From Saccostrea echinata (lineage: Eukaryota), in NCBI RefSeq assembly GCF_033153115.1, contig NW_026889794.1:5394001-5458000 (forward strand): a stretch of DNA of 64,000 nucleotides, given 5' to 3'. Below the pieces are notes generated by a model. That model was not told where the DNA came from. It saw nothing but the letters and a program-made list of their open reading frames with translations, and made no database searches. Both the position numbers and the translations under genes were made by a program. This document shows, piece after piece, positions 1 through 10,450 of the stretch (positions within the stretch are counted from its first letter, which is position 1; each line of letters opens with the position of its first letter).

Positions 1-480
1 TGTGTATATCAAGGATATTCCAGAAAAGTGCAGAAAATCTGCAGGGAAAGTATGAGCAGTAAAAAGCCTTAAGGACTAGAAAGCATGCATATATCGCATG
101 CACTCATATTTGAATATAGGAATAAATTATAGAAAGAGGGAAACCATACTGTAGTTTTTTTTTCAGAAAATGGGGGGGGGGGGGGGTAAATCAATGTGGT
201 TAAGATTTTTTTAGTATAAATTTTAATTTTCCAAAGGGTTTTTACAGATAATTAAAACAAAATAGGCCTAACAACTGGAATCCCTCCTTCATAATAGCAG
301 CTTTAGGATTTATCACATAAATTCATACTTGTCATGTTTTTAAAAAAAGGCCTTATAATTGCCAAACAAAAATGTTAAAATGTATAGACATATTTTTGAA
401 TAATGTTTACAGGTAAACTGTGGCCTGGTGTTAAGTTTTGTTTCTTAACCGCTGTTCTAGAGGTATCTTTTCGAAAAATG

Positions 481-501
481 TGGGTGGCCCTTAAAAGGGC
501 C
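481..501 (-). terminator. Histone mRNA 3' stem-loop (SLBP site)
   Basis: The minus strand reads GGCCCT-TTTA-AGGGCC-ACCCA about 28 nt after the stop. A purine-rich HDE-like GAAAAGATA follows at 464-472. Confidence 0.93.
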
Positions 502-529
502 GTGGGGTTTTATTTAGTGAACAGACTGC

Positions 530-1369
530 TCACTTAGCCTTCGCTGCTTTCTTTGCCTTTCTTGGGGAGCTAGGTCTCTTTCTTGCTTTGGGCTTGCTTT
601 TCTTTGGCGACTTCCTCGCTGCTTTGGGCTTCTTAGCTGCCTTAGCTTTCTTTGGTGACTTGGCCTTTCTTGCTTTCTTTACTTTCTTGGCTGCCTTCTT
701 CTTTGCCTTGGGCTTCTTTGCCTTGGGTTTCTTTGCTTTCTTGGTCTTTTTAGCTGCTTTCTTTTTTGGTTTCTTTGCTGCCTTCTTCTTCTTCTTTGGT
801 GCTGCTACTTTTCCAACCCGGAAGCGTCCGGTCGCTCCATGGGCACTAGATCCCTTGGGTCTTACAAGAGCTCCACTTTTCAGTCCCTTAGCAAATGCAG
901 CTTTCATCAACGACGATAACTGTGTGGTGCTTACCCCTTTGTAATTGGCGAGGATGTATTTTCTAATAGCCTGGGCTGAAGATCCTTTGCGATCCTTCAT
1001 AGCTGTAATGGCGGCGCACACCATGTTAAGGGTCGTTGGATGGACGGCTTTCTTCGCTGCAGCTCTGGGTTTGGATGCCTTCTTCTTTGGTGATTTCCTG
1101 GCCTTCTTAGCTTTCTTTGGCGACCCACTTCGGCTACGGCTTCTAGACTTGCTTCTGCTTTTACTACGGCTACGGCTTCGACTCTTTCGTTTCGCCATTT
1201 TAGGGGTAGCTGGGGCCGGTGACTTCTTTGCTGCGGCCGGTGATTTCTTTGCTACAACCTTCTTCGGCGCTGCCTTCTTGGGAGAAGTCTTCTTTGGAGA
1301 TCGACTTCGGCTGCGGCTCCTACTCTTAGACCGTGACTTGGAACGGGAACGAGATCGCGATTTAACCAT
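530..1369 (-). CDS. Sperm protamine-like histone H1 protein (PL-I type), ~279 aa, intronless
   Basis: Two (RS/KS)n blocks, SPKK motifs, an H1 winged-helix domain (HPTTLNMVCAAI...KGSSAQAIRKYI...GATGRFRV) and a Lys/Ala-rich tail. I prefer the start at 1369 (gaacATGG) over the ORF-track start at 1444 because a TATA-like box lies between them. Confidence 0.92.
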   Translation of the reverse strand: MVKSRSRSRSKSRSKSRSRSRSRSPKKTSPKKAAPKKVVAKKSPAAAKKSPAPATPKMAKRKSRSRSRSKSRSKSRSRSRSGSPKKAKKARKSPKKKASKPRAAAKKAVHPTTLNMVCAAITAMKDRKGSSAQAIRKYILANYKGVSTTQLSSLMKAAFAKGLKSGALVRPKGSSAHGATGRFRVGKVAAPKKKKKAAKKPKKKAAKKTKKAKKPKAKKPKAKKKAAKKVKKARKAKSPKKAKAAKKPKAARKSPKKSKPKARKRPSSPRKAKKAAKAK

Positions 1370-1431
1370 GTTCGACGAACTGGCTGGAACTCCTGCAAAA
1401 ACAAGAATGACGCTGGCAGCTGCTGACGCGG

Positions 1432-1439
1432 TATTTATT
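1432..1439 (-). promoter_or_regulatory. TATA-like box of the PL gene
   Basis: AATAAATA on the minus strand, about 65 bp upstream of the ATG at 1369. Confidence 0.55.
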
Positions 1440-2016
1440 GACATGGCGCGGACGTAAAAGAAAGCTGCTGGTGCCCGGATGCCGAGAAGTCATGGCTGTC
1501 AAGAAATTTCACATATTTGTGCTTTCGATGTTACATTTTCTCAAAATTTTCATCATAACTCCGTCTCCTTATATTCATTTTGGAATGTAGTCTGATGGAT
1601 ATTATTGACAGGTATCATCTAAGGATAAGAATGCCGAATTTTCATCAAAGGTGACAATAAAAACGTAAATTTCAACCAAACATTTTGACCGGCATGTGAC
1701 ATGAAAGTTGAACCCAAGCAATATTACACATTAATTATGTGTTCTAACCCATGTTTAATGCTTGAAAAAAGTAGAATTACTTCTGAACTTTGTAATATTT
1801 CGATTGTATTAATATGATCATCTTGATCTCAATGTTTTTTCACAAAGAATAACAGGTCGGTTATCGACGGTCTTCGAAAACCTGCACGTTACTATAGAGT
1901 CATAACAAACTCCATTTCATAATTTAGTGAAATAAATACAAGTATATTCATATGATTTTTTGCCATTATTATAAGAAGGGATTGTTAAGAACAGTATTTA
2001 TTAATAATTTTTGCAA

Positions 2017-2072
<56 letters not shown>

Positions 2073-3546
2073 GTCTAGGGCCTACCGACTTGCAAAAGAC
2101 CTATGACAATGTTCAGATTTTAATTCTTTTATGAAGTTATTCAATTGTTAATTTTGTTGTATAGGTCCTAGATCTATTGCAAATTTAATTTCAAACATAA
2201 TTTGTTGAAAATTTGGAACAAAATTCTCTAAAATTATTTTAGTAAAGCTATTCATAATGTAGCAGACAGTCTATGTTTTGCCTTATGTACCGTACCGAAA
2301 GATCAGAAAATGTACTCTTAGAAATTTTAACCACAATAAACAAACCATTTTAATTTATACTTTAGTACTAACATTAATATCCCTTTTCTAAAAAGTTTTT
2401 TTTAGTTCTAGAACCTTCAGCATTTTGATCGAACTATGATGTACTTTGTGACCTTTAAACTGATTCAATCAATATATTGACGGGCAAGATAGGACAGCCC
2501 ATGCAGGGTTCCTTTTTCGCCAAAAGTTAAGAAATATTATTGTTTAGGAAAGTAAATTATAACTGTCCCCTTGAAATCCGTTTAGAGATTTTTTTTCAAC
2601 ATCACCTTGTCTTATGTGAACCCTTTCCAACACACAACCCATATTGTGTTTGCTGTCCCCCATCAAGGCATTTTTACTTGGTTCTTACTTGTCTTATTTC
2701 TTTTATTTTGCTTTAAATTCGGGATAGATTGTTTTCGTTCTTCCATTTTCTTGTTGTATTTTTGTACTATTTCTTATTTATTTTGAGAGAAAGAGAAAAA
2801 ATTCAAAATTCCCCATTGCATATAAAATTCTTGTGCCGCAAAAATATTTATAATTAAATAAACTATCTATACCTTTGCCCCAGAATAATTTTTGGTCCCT
2901 TGAACAAATATGCATGTTTATTTTTTTTTAAATTCAAAAAGTGATTCAATATGCAACTACTATCTAATAAATAAATAGTGTAAATAATAGATGATGCTGT
3001 TTTCATGCTGTAAATATTTTTCATTTCATGATAAGTATATCAACACAAAGGAGAAAAAGAGTAATAAGGATATAGAATTTTCTGTAAACAAATTTTAAAT
3101 TATTATAATTTCTCATTGCTCTTTACATCTATATATTTTTAATATCATACAGAAGCCCCGCCCCACCCCAAATCCCCCTTTTCGTATATATGAAGCACAT
3201 TGTCCTGTTTAGAAAAAAAAAGTGATCAGCTCTAATACAGCTGCTTTTGACTTGCTGAGGCAGTTGTTTGGAGCAAGGGCTGTATCGCCCTAAAGGCGAC
3301 ATAAATTTAAATTATATTTGCTATGTTTATTTTTAAACAATGAAATACATCCTTTCTATTATCTTTCAACACTTGAAAACTCTTGTACATATTTCTGTTC
3401 TTATTTTCCTGTTCAAATGTTTAATTAGGTTTTACTTTTATGGCTCATGTGGGCCTTGGGTGAAATATAAGTTTCAAGTTTTAATAAAACATTACACACG
3501 CACACAAAACTGTGTGCCAACAACATGTACCGAGGGGAAATGAATG

Positions 3547-3785
3547 CATGGCCGTAGGAACCGGGGGGGGGGGGGCGTGCCCCCCCCCCCCAATAATTTT
3601 GGCGATATATATAAAACTATAGAAAACATATCTACTATGTGCTTGTGCCCCCTCAATAATAACTTCTGAAGACCTTATTATTTTTTTTGCTTGTCAAGAA
3701 ATTTTGGTACTTGATAGTGCCCCCCCCCCCAACTAAAAATGTAAGGTTGTGCCCCCTCAAAATGAAAATGCTTCCTACGGGCCTG
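3547..3785. mobile_element. MITE with CA(T/G)G termini, hAT-like
   Basis: TIRs CATGGCCGTAGGAA / TTCCTACGGGCCTG. Flanks GAATG / AAATG match at 4 of 5 positions. Confidence 0.7.
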
Positions 3786-3807
3786 AAATGGGCGAAGTAG
3801 AGAAGTC

Positions 3808-4116
3808 CAGGCGCGGATCCAGGAATTTTTCCAGGGGGTGGGTGTCCCCATCTACTCTAACAAATGCCAAACTCGCAAATTTTTAGAAAAAAAAAAAAAA
3901 TAATAAAATCAAATCAAATAAACAAATAAAAAAAAACGCAAACAACTTGCACACACTTGAAAAACCTATTTCATAGGAATCGGGTGGAGTGGGAGTAATG
4001 TTTCCTGAGGGAGGAAGGCCTAATGTCCATTTTTTTGGTTATATTTTACATGTATACAAATTTAATAACTTAACTTGAATCACGTTCAACCCCCATTTTT
4101 TATAGATCTGCGCATG
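3808..4116. mobile_element. MITE of the CAGGCGCGGATCC family
   Basis: Termini CAGGCGCGGATCCA / TAGATCTGCGCATG with a 5-bp direct repeat AAGTC. Relatives lie at ~5693-5853 (right half only) and 50108-50502. Confidence 0.75.
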
Positions 4117-5395
4117 AAGTCAATTAAAAAGGTAAAAAAAATTTGGAGGTCATATTTTATAAAGCCCCCTCCCAAAAAAAAAAATAATGAAATAATGATC
4201 TTCTCATGGATGATATTTGATAGATTTATTGTGATACACTTGTAAGACATATCAACAAAACAGTATCCCTGTATACGCATGAAGTAATAAAGAAAACAGA
4301 GAACAAAGAATATAAACTACTGATGGGAACATGTTCATAACTTACTATGTCATTTGTTATTATAAATGCTCCAACTTTAAGGTACAACTTACTGTTGAGA
4401 CAACAACCCACGTTTATTTTGCCGAAAACGAGAGTAAAAATGATGCATCACTTTTCAAAAGGAATTAATTCAAGTGGCAAAATGAAGTGCTCCAAGTACG
4501 ACATGGTTGTCTGCCTTGGCAATCTGGAAATTCTGACCTCTGCTCAACTTGTTTCAGGGTTTGGATCCAGTGTATTCTCGAAATAGTCGTCTGTAAATTG
4601 AATTTTTTTGAAATTCATATCGAAAACACTTCTTGCTAAAACAATATGAAGATAACGGTATGCATGTCCTATATTTTATCTTTTTTCTATAGAAACTCAT
4701 AAGAAGAATTCAGAACGATTTATATATCAGTTGACTGGTAATAAACTCACTCTGATTTTCGCCCTTACTCCAAACAAACCTTTTCACAACTTATCTAATT
4801 ATTAAAAAAAATTATTCAAAAATATTTTTACCAACCCTTATTCATATCATATTCTTGACAAGAGATATAATTGTGGAAGCAAGTTTATTTATTTCTGTTG
4901 ACAAAGAAAAGTAGAAACAAGAAAACCATCGAAAGGAAGAAAATGTAGATTACACTTAGAAACATCAATTAAATACATCGCACTGATGCATTTAAAGAAG
5001 AATTTGAAACTTCCACTAGGTTTACATTTCAAAGGGAGAATAACATAACATTTAATTTTAAACAGCGAATCGATCAATTACGAAAACCCATTGAATTTAT
5101 TTTCGTAGGTAAAAAAAAAAATATATATTTTTGGCGTTATAACGCAAGACATTTGAAAAAAAAAAGATAAGCCATTATTGATTGAATTGCTTCACCCACC
5201 CCACCCCACCCCCTAAAAATAGAAAAAAGTAAATAAATAAATAAAGTAAATAAATAAAAAAATAATAATACCCGGTATAAAAAAAAAAATTAAAAAACTA
5301 ACCCCCAAGAAAAAAACTAAAAACAGAACAAAACTTTCCCCCTCCCCTCCCCGAAAGCAAACCAAAAACAGACAAACAAACCAAAATAAATCAAT

Positions 5396-5692
5396 ATCTC
5401 TCTCATCTTAATTCTCTTCGTGCCAGAAGGCACACCAGGTCTGAAAAACCTCCTTTGCTCTTTGATGTCCATTGTTTCTGTAACTGCACGTCGATTTTTT
5501 TTCAGGGAGAAGGAAGTAGGCCTCCTGCTCAACCCCTAAACTTGGAGGACCAGTGGTTTTCTGTCAGGGTGTCCTTCCCTTATGCTGCGTTGGTCCACGA
5601 CACCTTCTTCAGTGTATCCGTTCCACTCCTCAAGAAGTGATAAAGGATCCCTATCCGCCACCCGGGGGACGCGCGCCTCCTAGCCGTGCAGC
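5396..5692 (-). mobile_element. Short non-autonomous RTE-clade-derived element (5' UTR joined to 3' tail)
   Basis: The minus strand carries RTE-like 5' UTR motifs (GGCGCGCGTCCCCCGGGTGGCGGATAG; CTGGTCCTCCAAGTTTAGGGGTTGAGC) and an RTE-like 3' hairpin and tail (GTGCC-TTCT-GGCAC-GAAGAGAATTAAG). Recognised from memory of RTE consensus sequences. Confidence 0.6.
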
Positions 5693-6299
5693 CCCAAACG
5701 TGAAAAACACCTATTTCGTGGTGGTCTTGGTGGGGTCCACGTTTTCTAGGAGGGGTCCAAAGTCATTTTTTGTTTGCTTCAGCATATACTTTTTATAACT
5801 CGGCAAATTCTGGGGGGGGGGTCCTGACCTAAACCCCCTCTAGATCCGGGCATGGGTAGAGATTACAAAGACAATTAAGATAAGCATATGTTGATAATTT
5901 TGACTTCTATATACAGATTACCAACCACAGGTATAAGTATGTTGCGCCAAATTAGCATAAACTCAAATAATTGAATGTATGGTTAATTATTTGAAGATAC
6001 AATGAATTGGACCAATAATTGAATTTATGTCCACATCAAATCAATTATTGGTCTCATACACTGAATTGATGAGATTAAAGAGAGCAAGAAGATGGGCGAA
6101 CAAGGCGAGCGAAATGCCCACAGTGCAATAAACATGAAGGTGAAAAATTAAATATCAATTATAACAAAAATTCCTAGATCTACCCTTAAATTCCTTGCAA
6201 GCTCCCTCTTTTGTTGACGGGTTAATATCGTCGTTTCTAGTAACCCCTTTTCAGTGATAAACTCTCTATACAGGAAGTCATCGAAGTTTCGTTATTGAC

Positions 6300-6923
6300 A
6301 TGGAAGATTATATCTCTCGTCGAAGAATTACACACAGTTTAGATGATGAGTATAGCATCTATGAGAGAGAAATCAGGGATTCAGATGTAGTGATTGATAA
6401 AACAACTCAGTCTGAAAAATATACAATAACAAAAAATCGCAGTTCGAATGCCCGCTGTAAGTATGTGCTCGTTCTTGCTATTATAATTATAGGGACGACG
6501 TTGTTGTATCATGTTAGCGATTTAACCAATAGATTGGACGTAAATTTTAAGGCCATTCCGTTACATGTCCCAAGAGTTGTTGAGGAAAATTCTTCAAGTC
6601 CATCCGTAAATCCCGATTTATTTTGGGGAACATACAGAGCTAATTTGTACTTTGGTTTAAAAACTCGATCCCCTACGTCACCAGTATTTGGTTTGATGTG
6701 GTATGAACAATACCCTGACAGGGAAGAACAAGTATACCCCAACATAAGACATTGGTGTGAGGAAGGAGACGGCATCAGATATGGATGGATAAGACATGAC
6801 AGAGTGAATTTTGGTATTCATCGAATTGTTGAAGATAACTTCGCCTTTGAGACATCGTTCGTGAAAAAAGCAGGCGGTCTACATGGAGGAGACTGGACCG
6901 TACGGATTTCAGGAGAGTCAAAG
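6300..6923 (+). CDS. MOGS: MOGS-like glucosidase I (GH63), exon 1
   Basis: N-terminal RRR, a type II TM helix (YVLVLAIIIIGTTLLY), and the motifs LFWGTYRANLYFGLKTR, GLMW, IRHWCE and HGGDWTVRI. Phase-0 donor AAG|GTACAT. Confidence 0.9.
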
Positions 6924-7110
6924 GTACATACAATATAAAAGTGGTAGTATATTGGTACACTAAGATGTTTCACAGACAGGAATTAAAAGGCAAACGTACA
7001 GACAGAAAAAAGAGGGTCAGATTATTTATTTTTAGGCCAGTCAAGGACAGATTATTTATTTCTAAGATGACCGGGAACAGGTTATTTTAAAACATTTTTA
7101 AGGACAGATC

Positions 7111-8029
7111 TAGGGATGTCAACGAGTACCCGGTTAACCGGGTACTCGATCGAACGTCCGAGTATCGAATACTAAAATTGGTACTCGGTTACTCGGATGT
7201 ATATTTTTCTTATTTCAAAGTATATATTTTTATCAAAAATTTATCAAAAATAACTTAAATAAGCATACGGTAAATAACGTGTCGTCATCCACACCTGTAA
7301 AACACCTGTTATCGCCTGTGGCTGTGTACATGTATATATACAGTAATTAGTGACCAATCACCTGATACACGGCTGTTCTCACCTATTGTTGTCCTTAATT
7401 TTTGAATGGCTTCAATGATTGTTTTCATTGTACATCGTTTAAGTATGGTCTATTCTTTTTTCAAATCATTTTTAAATTATTTACTTAATATATGGCAGCG
7501 AAATTAGACATGCATAGAAATGCCCTTGCCCACTTCAAAAGTGAAGAAATATTTAGAAATAACGAAAGATTAAAAAAAATATTGAAAGTCAGTTTGCTAG
7601 TAGGTTTAGTGTATACCGTGGAAACAACCAACTTATGAAAAAAATATTAGACTAGCGATCCCAACAACGTCCTTCCTTCACTTTCCCTACTTTAATCATC
7701 ACAAACCTGCGTAACAGATTGTCCTCCTTTTGCGTTGATCAAATAGATTCTAAACAAGAACTGTAAACCATTTGTAATTTTTGATGTATAAATTGTGTCG
7801 TTTGTGTTCATTTGATAAATAAATTTAGTACCAAAAAATAATTTCCGTTGGAATTTATGTTTATATATGTTTATAAACGTGATAAAACCAGCTTTGGGGT
7901 TTGACAGCGCTTAACGTGGCTCAAGAAAATTAACATACTTGTATTACATTTTTACCGAGTACCCGGGTACTCGATCGGAAAAACGTCCGAGTAACCGATT
8001 AGCAAAAATTGACCGATCTGACATCCCTA
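7111..8029 (+). mobile_element. Non-autonomous hAT element in the MOGS intron
   Basis: TIRs TAGGGATGTCA / TGACATCCCTA and a perfect 8-bp TSD GACAGATC (7103-7110, 8030-8037). Subterminal GAGTACCCGG/GGTACTCG repeats. A remnant of the hAT C-terminal dimerisation domain (LIITNLRNRLSSFCVDQI../ILNKN) lies at ~7692-7761. Confidence 0.9.
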
Positions 8030-8705
8030 GACAGATCATTTACAAAATCTGTCAGCCCCCTTTCAGAATCAAATGTTCGTCTCCTTGTAGCCACGAAATA
8101 ACGTTCTCACGAATACATAACTTTTTGGTTGCCCACGAATATTGACCACCCACGAATTAAAATGATTCCACGGTATATATACACATACACTAATTTCCAG
8201 TGCCGGTAAAAATTCAAAATTTGAGGAATCAGTAATGTTCATTTGTATTTTCATTTTTCTTTTATTCATTTGACCCATTTGAATGACAATATGCCCTTGT
8301 TTTCGGCCTGTACAGTAGGTTGTGTGATCTATGATTAGATATCGACAAGGTAAATAAAATGAAGTGAAAGAATTCACACTCATTTCTGATATCTTTTCAA
8401 GAACCAGAGACATGGTTTAGAGAAAAGAGTGTGATTGCATCTATATGAAAGTCTTCTGTATATGTTTTTTACTCCATGTATTTAGTTTAGCTTGCAGGTT
8501 TAAGTGCAATTCTTCTTGCAATCGAGGGAGTAAAAGTCTAAACGAAAGTAAATGAGTCGAAAAACAGCCTTTGTTCAGCTGGCCTCAAATTTGACTTCTT
8601 ACACTTGGGCCATCATAATTTTTTTTATTTGAAGTATTCCAACCCATATTTTTCAAGGTGGGTAAGTAGGTAGGTTTTTTTTATTTTTAGAATTAACTAA
8701 CTTAA

Positions 8706-8864
8706 ACAATAAAAATAATGTCTTTCTTTGGTTGTTAGTATGGGGATTAATGTTGCAGAAACAATACGTAACCCGCTTACGCGGGTTATGTCCCCCCTCC
8801 CCCCCCTGCAATACCTGCAACGTTATTTCCCATACTTACAACCAAAGAAAGACATTTTTATTGT
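8706..8864. repeat. Foldback mini-element
   Basis: Imperfect inverted arms of ~50 bp (ATGTCTTTCTTTGGTTGT / ACAACCAAAGAAAGACAT) with a central hairpin TAACCCGC-TTAC-GCGGGTTA. Confidence 0.75.
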
Positions 8865-9534
8865 ATATATTTATATCTGTACAAATGATTATCTAAAGTA
8901 GTAGTAAGTAAATTAAATATTGTATTATTAATATGCACGTCATTGTACGTCTAATTGATGGAAGAGCCACGACTAAGAAATCTGTATACAGGTGATATGC
9001 TTAGCGGTTTTTACTGACTAGAAAACGACAATGATTTCTAAAGAAATAAAGAGGAAATATTCAATGGAATGATAATCACAGATTTACACCTTTATTCCTT
9101 AGATGATTCTCACCTACTCTTTATTTCCCAGGCGACATCAATGTTTTCTTGTTCTTTTTTTAGCTGTAACCCTTCCCCTTTAGATATCTTAGACCTGTTC
9201 TTAACCTATATATGTATACACTGGTCCATTGACCAAAGTTCTGTATACTCAATAAAGCATGAAATTGAGATCCGTGCATTAAGTAGGCCTGGGTATAAAG
9301 CGCGCGTGGTTATCGAATTGCTGAAGTTCTAGTGCTATGGCATGGAACATGTGCTTGTAGGACTTGTGCTAGAATCATGTCATACGGGCAATCGGTTTTC
9401 GTTTGCATCGACATTCTCGCCCTAACCATGATACTTCATTCATCAAAGAAAGAGGTCGTACAGGGCGAGGACAACCCCCCGCTCTGAGACAAGAGTTTTC
9501 GTCTGACGTATTTTCCCTGCGAGTTACTTTCCTT

Positions 9535-10018
9535 GGCCAATGTGTTCAAATCATGCCCCTGGGGTAGGGTGTGGCCTTTATGGGCGAACAGTTTTACATG
9601 GGTATATACCGGAAAAAATCTTTAAAAATCTTCTTCTAAAGAACAGCAAATCCTGAGAAGTCATATTTATATGGAAGAATCTTAAGATGGAGTAGATTCA
9701 AGGTTGTTAAGTTTGTTATAATCATGACCTCCGGGGATAGGGTGGACAGCAATGGGCAATCAAAGTTTTTCGTAGAATCTTTAAAAATCTTTTTCTCAAG
9801 AACAGCAAAGCAATAAATAGTCATATGAATACAGAATCATCTTCTGGTAGTGTAGATTCAGGTTTGTTCAAATCATGACCTCCGGGGGACGGGGTAAGGG
9901 GGCTATAATGGACGATCAAAGTTTGTTTATAAGAAAACATAGGAAGAATCTGCTGATGAAGAACAAGAAGGGCCTTAGTTACTCGGGTGAGCATTGTGGC
10001 CAATGAGCCTCTTTTTTA
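9535..10018 (+). mobile_element. Degenerate Helentron-type (HINE) remnant with ~165-bp satellite units
   Basis: Repeated AATCATG(A/C)CC..GGGG units. The 3' end TTACTCGGGTGAGC..GGCC..GCCTCTTTT resembles the end of the element at 59223-61661. Confidence 0.6.
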
Positions 10019-10450
10019 GTTATTTCATTTACATGATTTATCAGGGTGAACACTTACAAATCTTTGCAAGTGTAAACATTTTTGCTGCATTGGGGATTCT
10101 TTAATTTTGAGCCTTTTTTTTCTAGTTTGTACATGGAGTATTTCATCCTCTACTTTACTTTGATGTATGAAATGGGACAGAGGGTGATAGTCAATTAATT
10201 GATATAAGGACAGGGCCATTTTATGCATAAAGTGAACCTAGCTCTTTCATTAATGTTTTATATTCAAAATCATGAATATTCATAAAATGTGAATAGAGGA
10301 TAAGCCTACACTCTGTCTTTTTTGACAAGAAAACGTGATAGGTCATCAATATTTTTTCTAAATTTGCCACCTTTTCAATGTGAAATTCCCAGTTGAAATG
10401 GTTCAGGACCAAATAGGGCTAATTAAGCCACTTTTTTTTCTTTTCTGCAG

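Noticed and set aside
1370-1444. Apparent 25-aa signal-like N-terminal extension of the PL protein
   Set aside because: It overlaps the TATA-like box and probable 5' UTR, and a nuclear basic protein is not expected to carry a signal peptide.
588-1457. Hydrophobic Phe/Leu/Ala-rich ORFs on the plus strand (588-944, 945-1457)
   Set aside because: Antisense shadows of the Lys/Ala/Arg codons of the PL gene, not membrane proteins.
1952-2134. Poly-Lys ORFs here and at 35012-35263
   Set aside because: Translations of poly(A) tracts.
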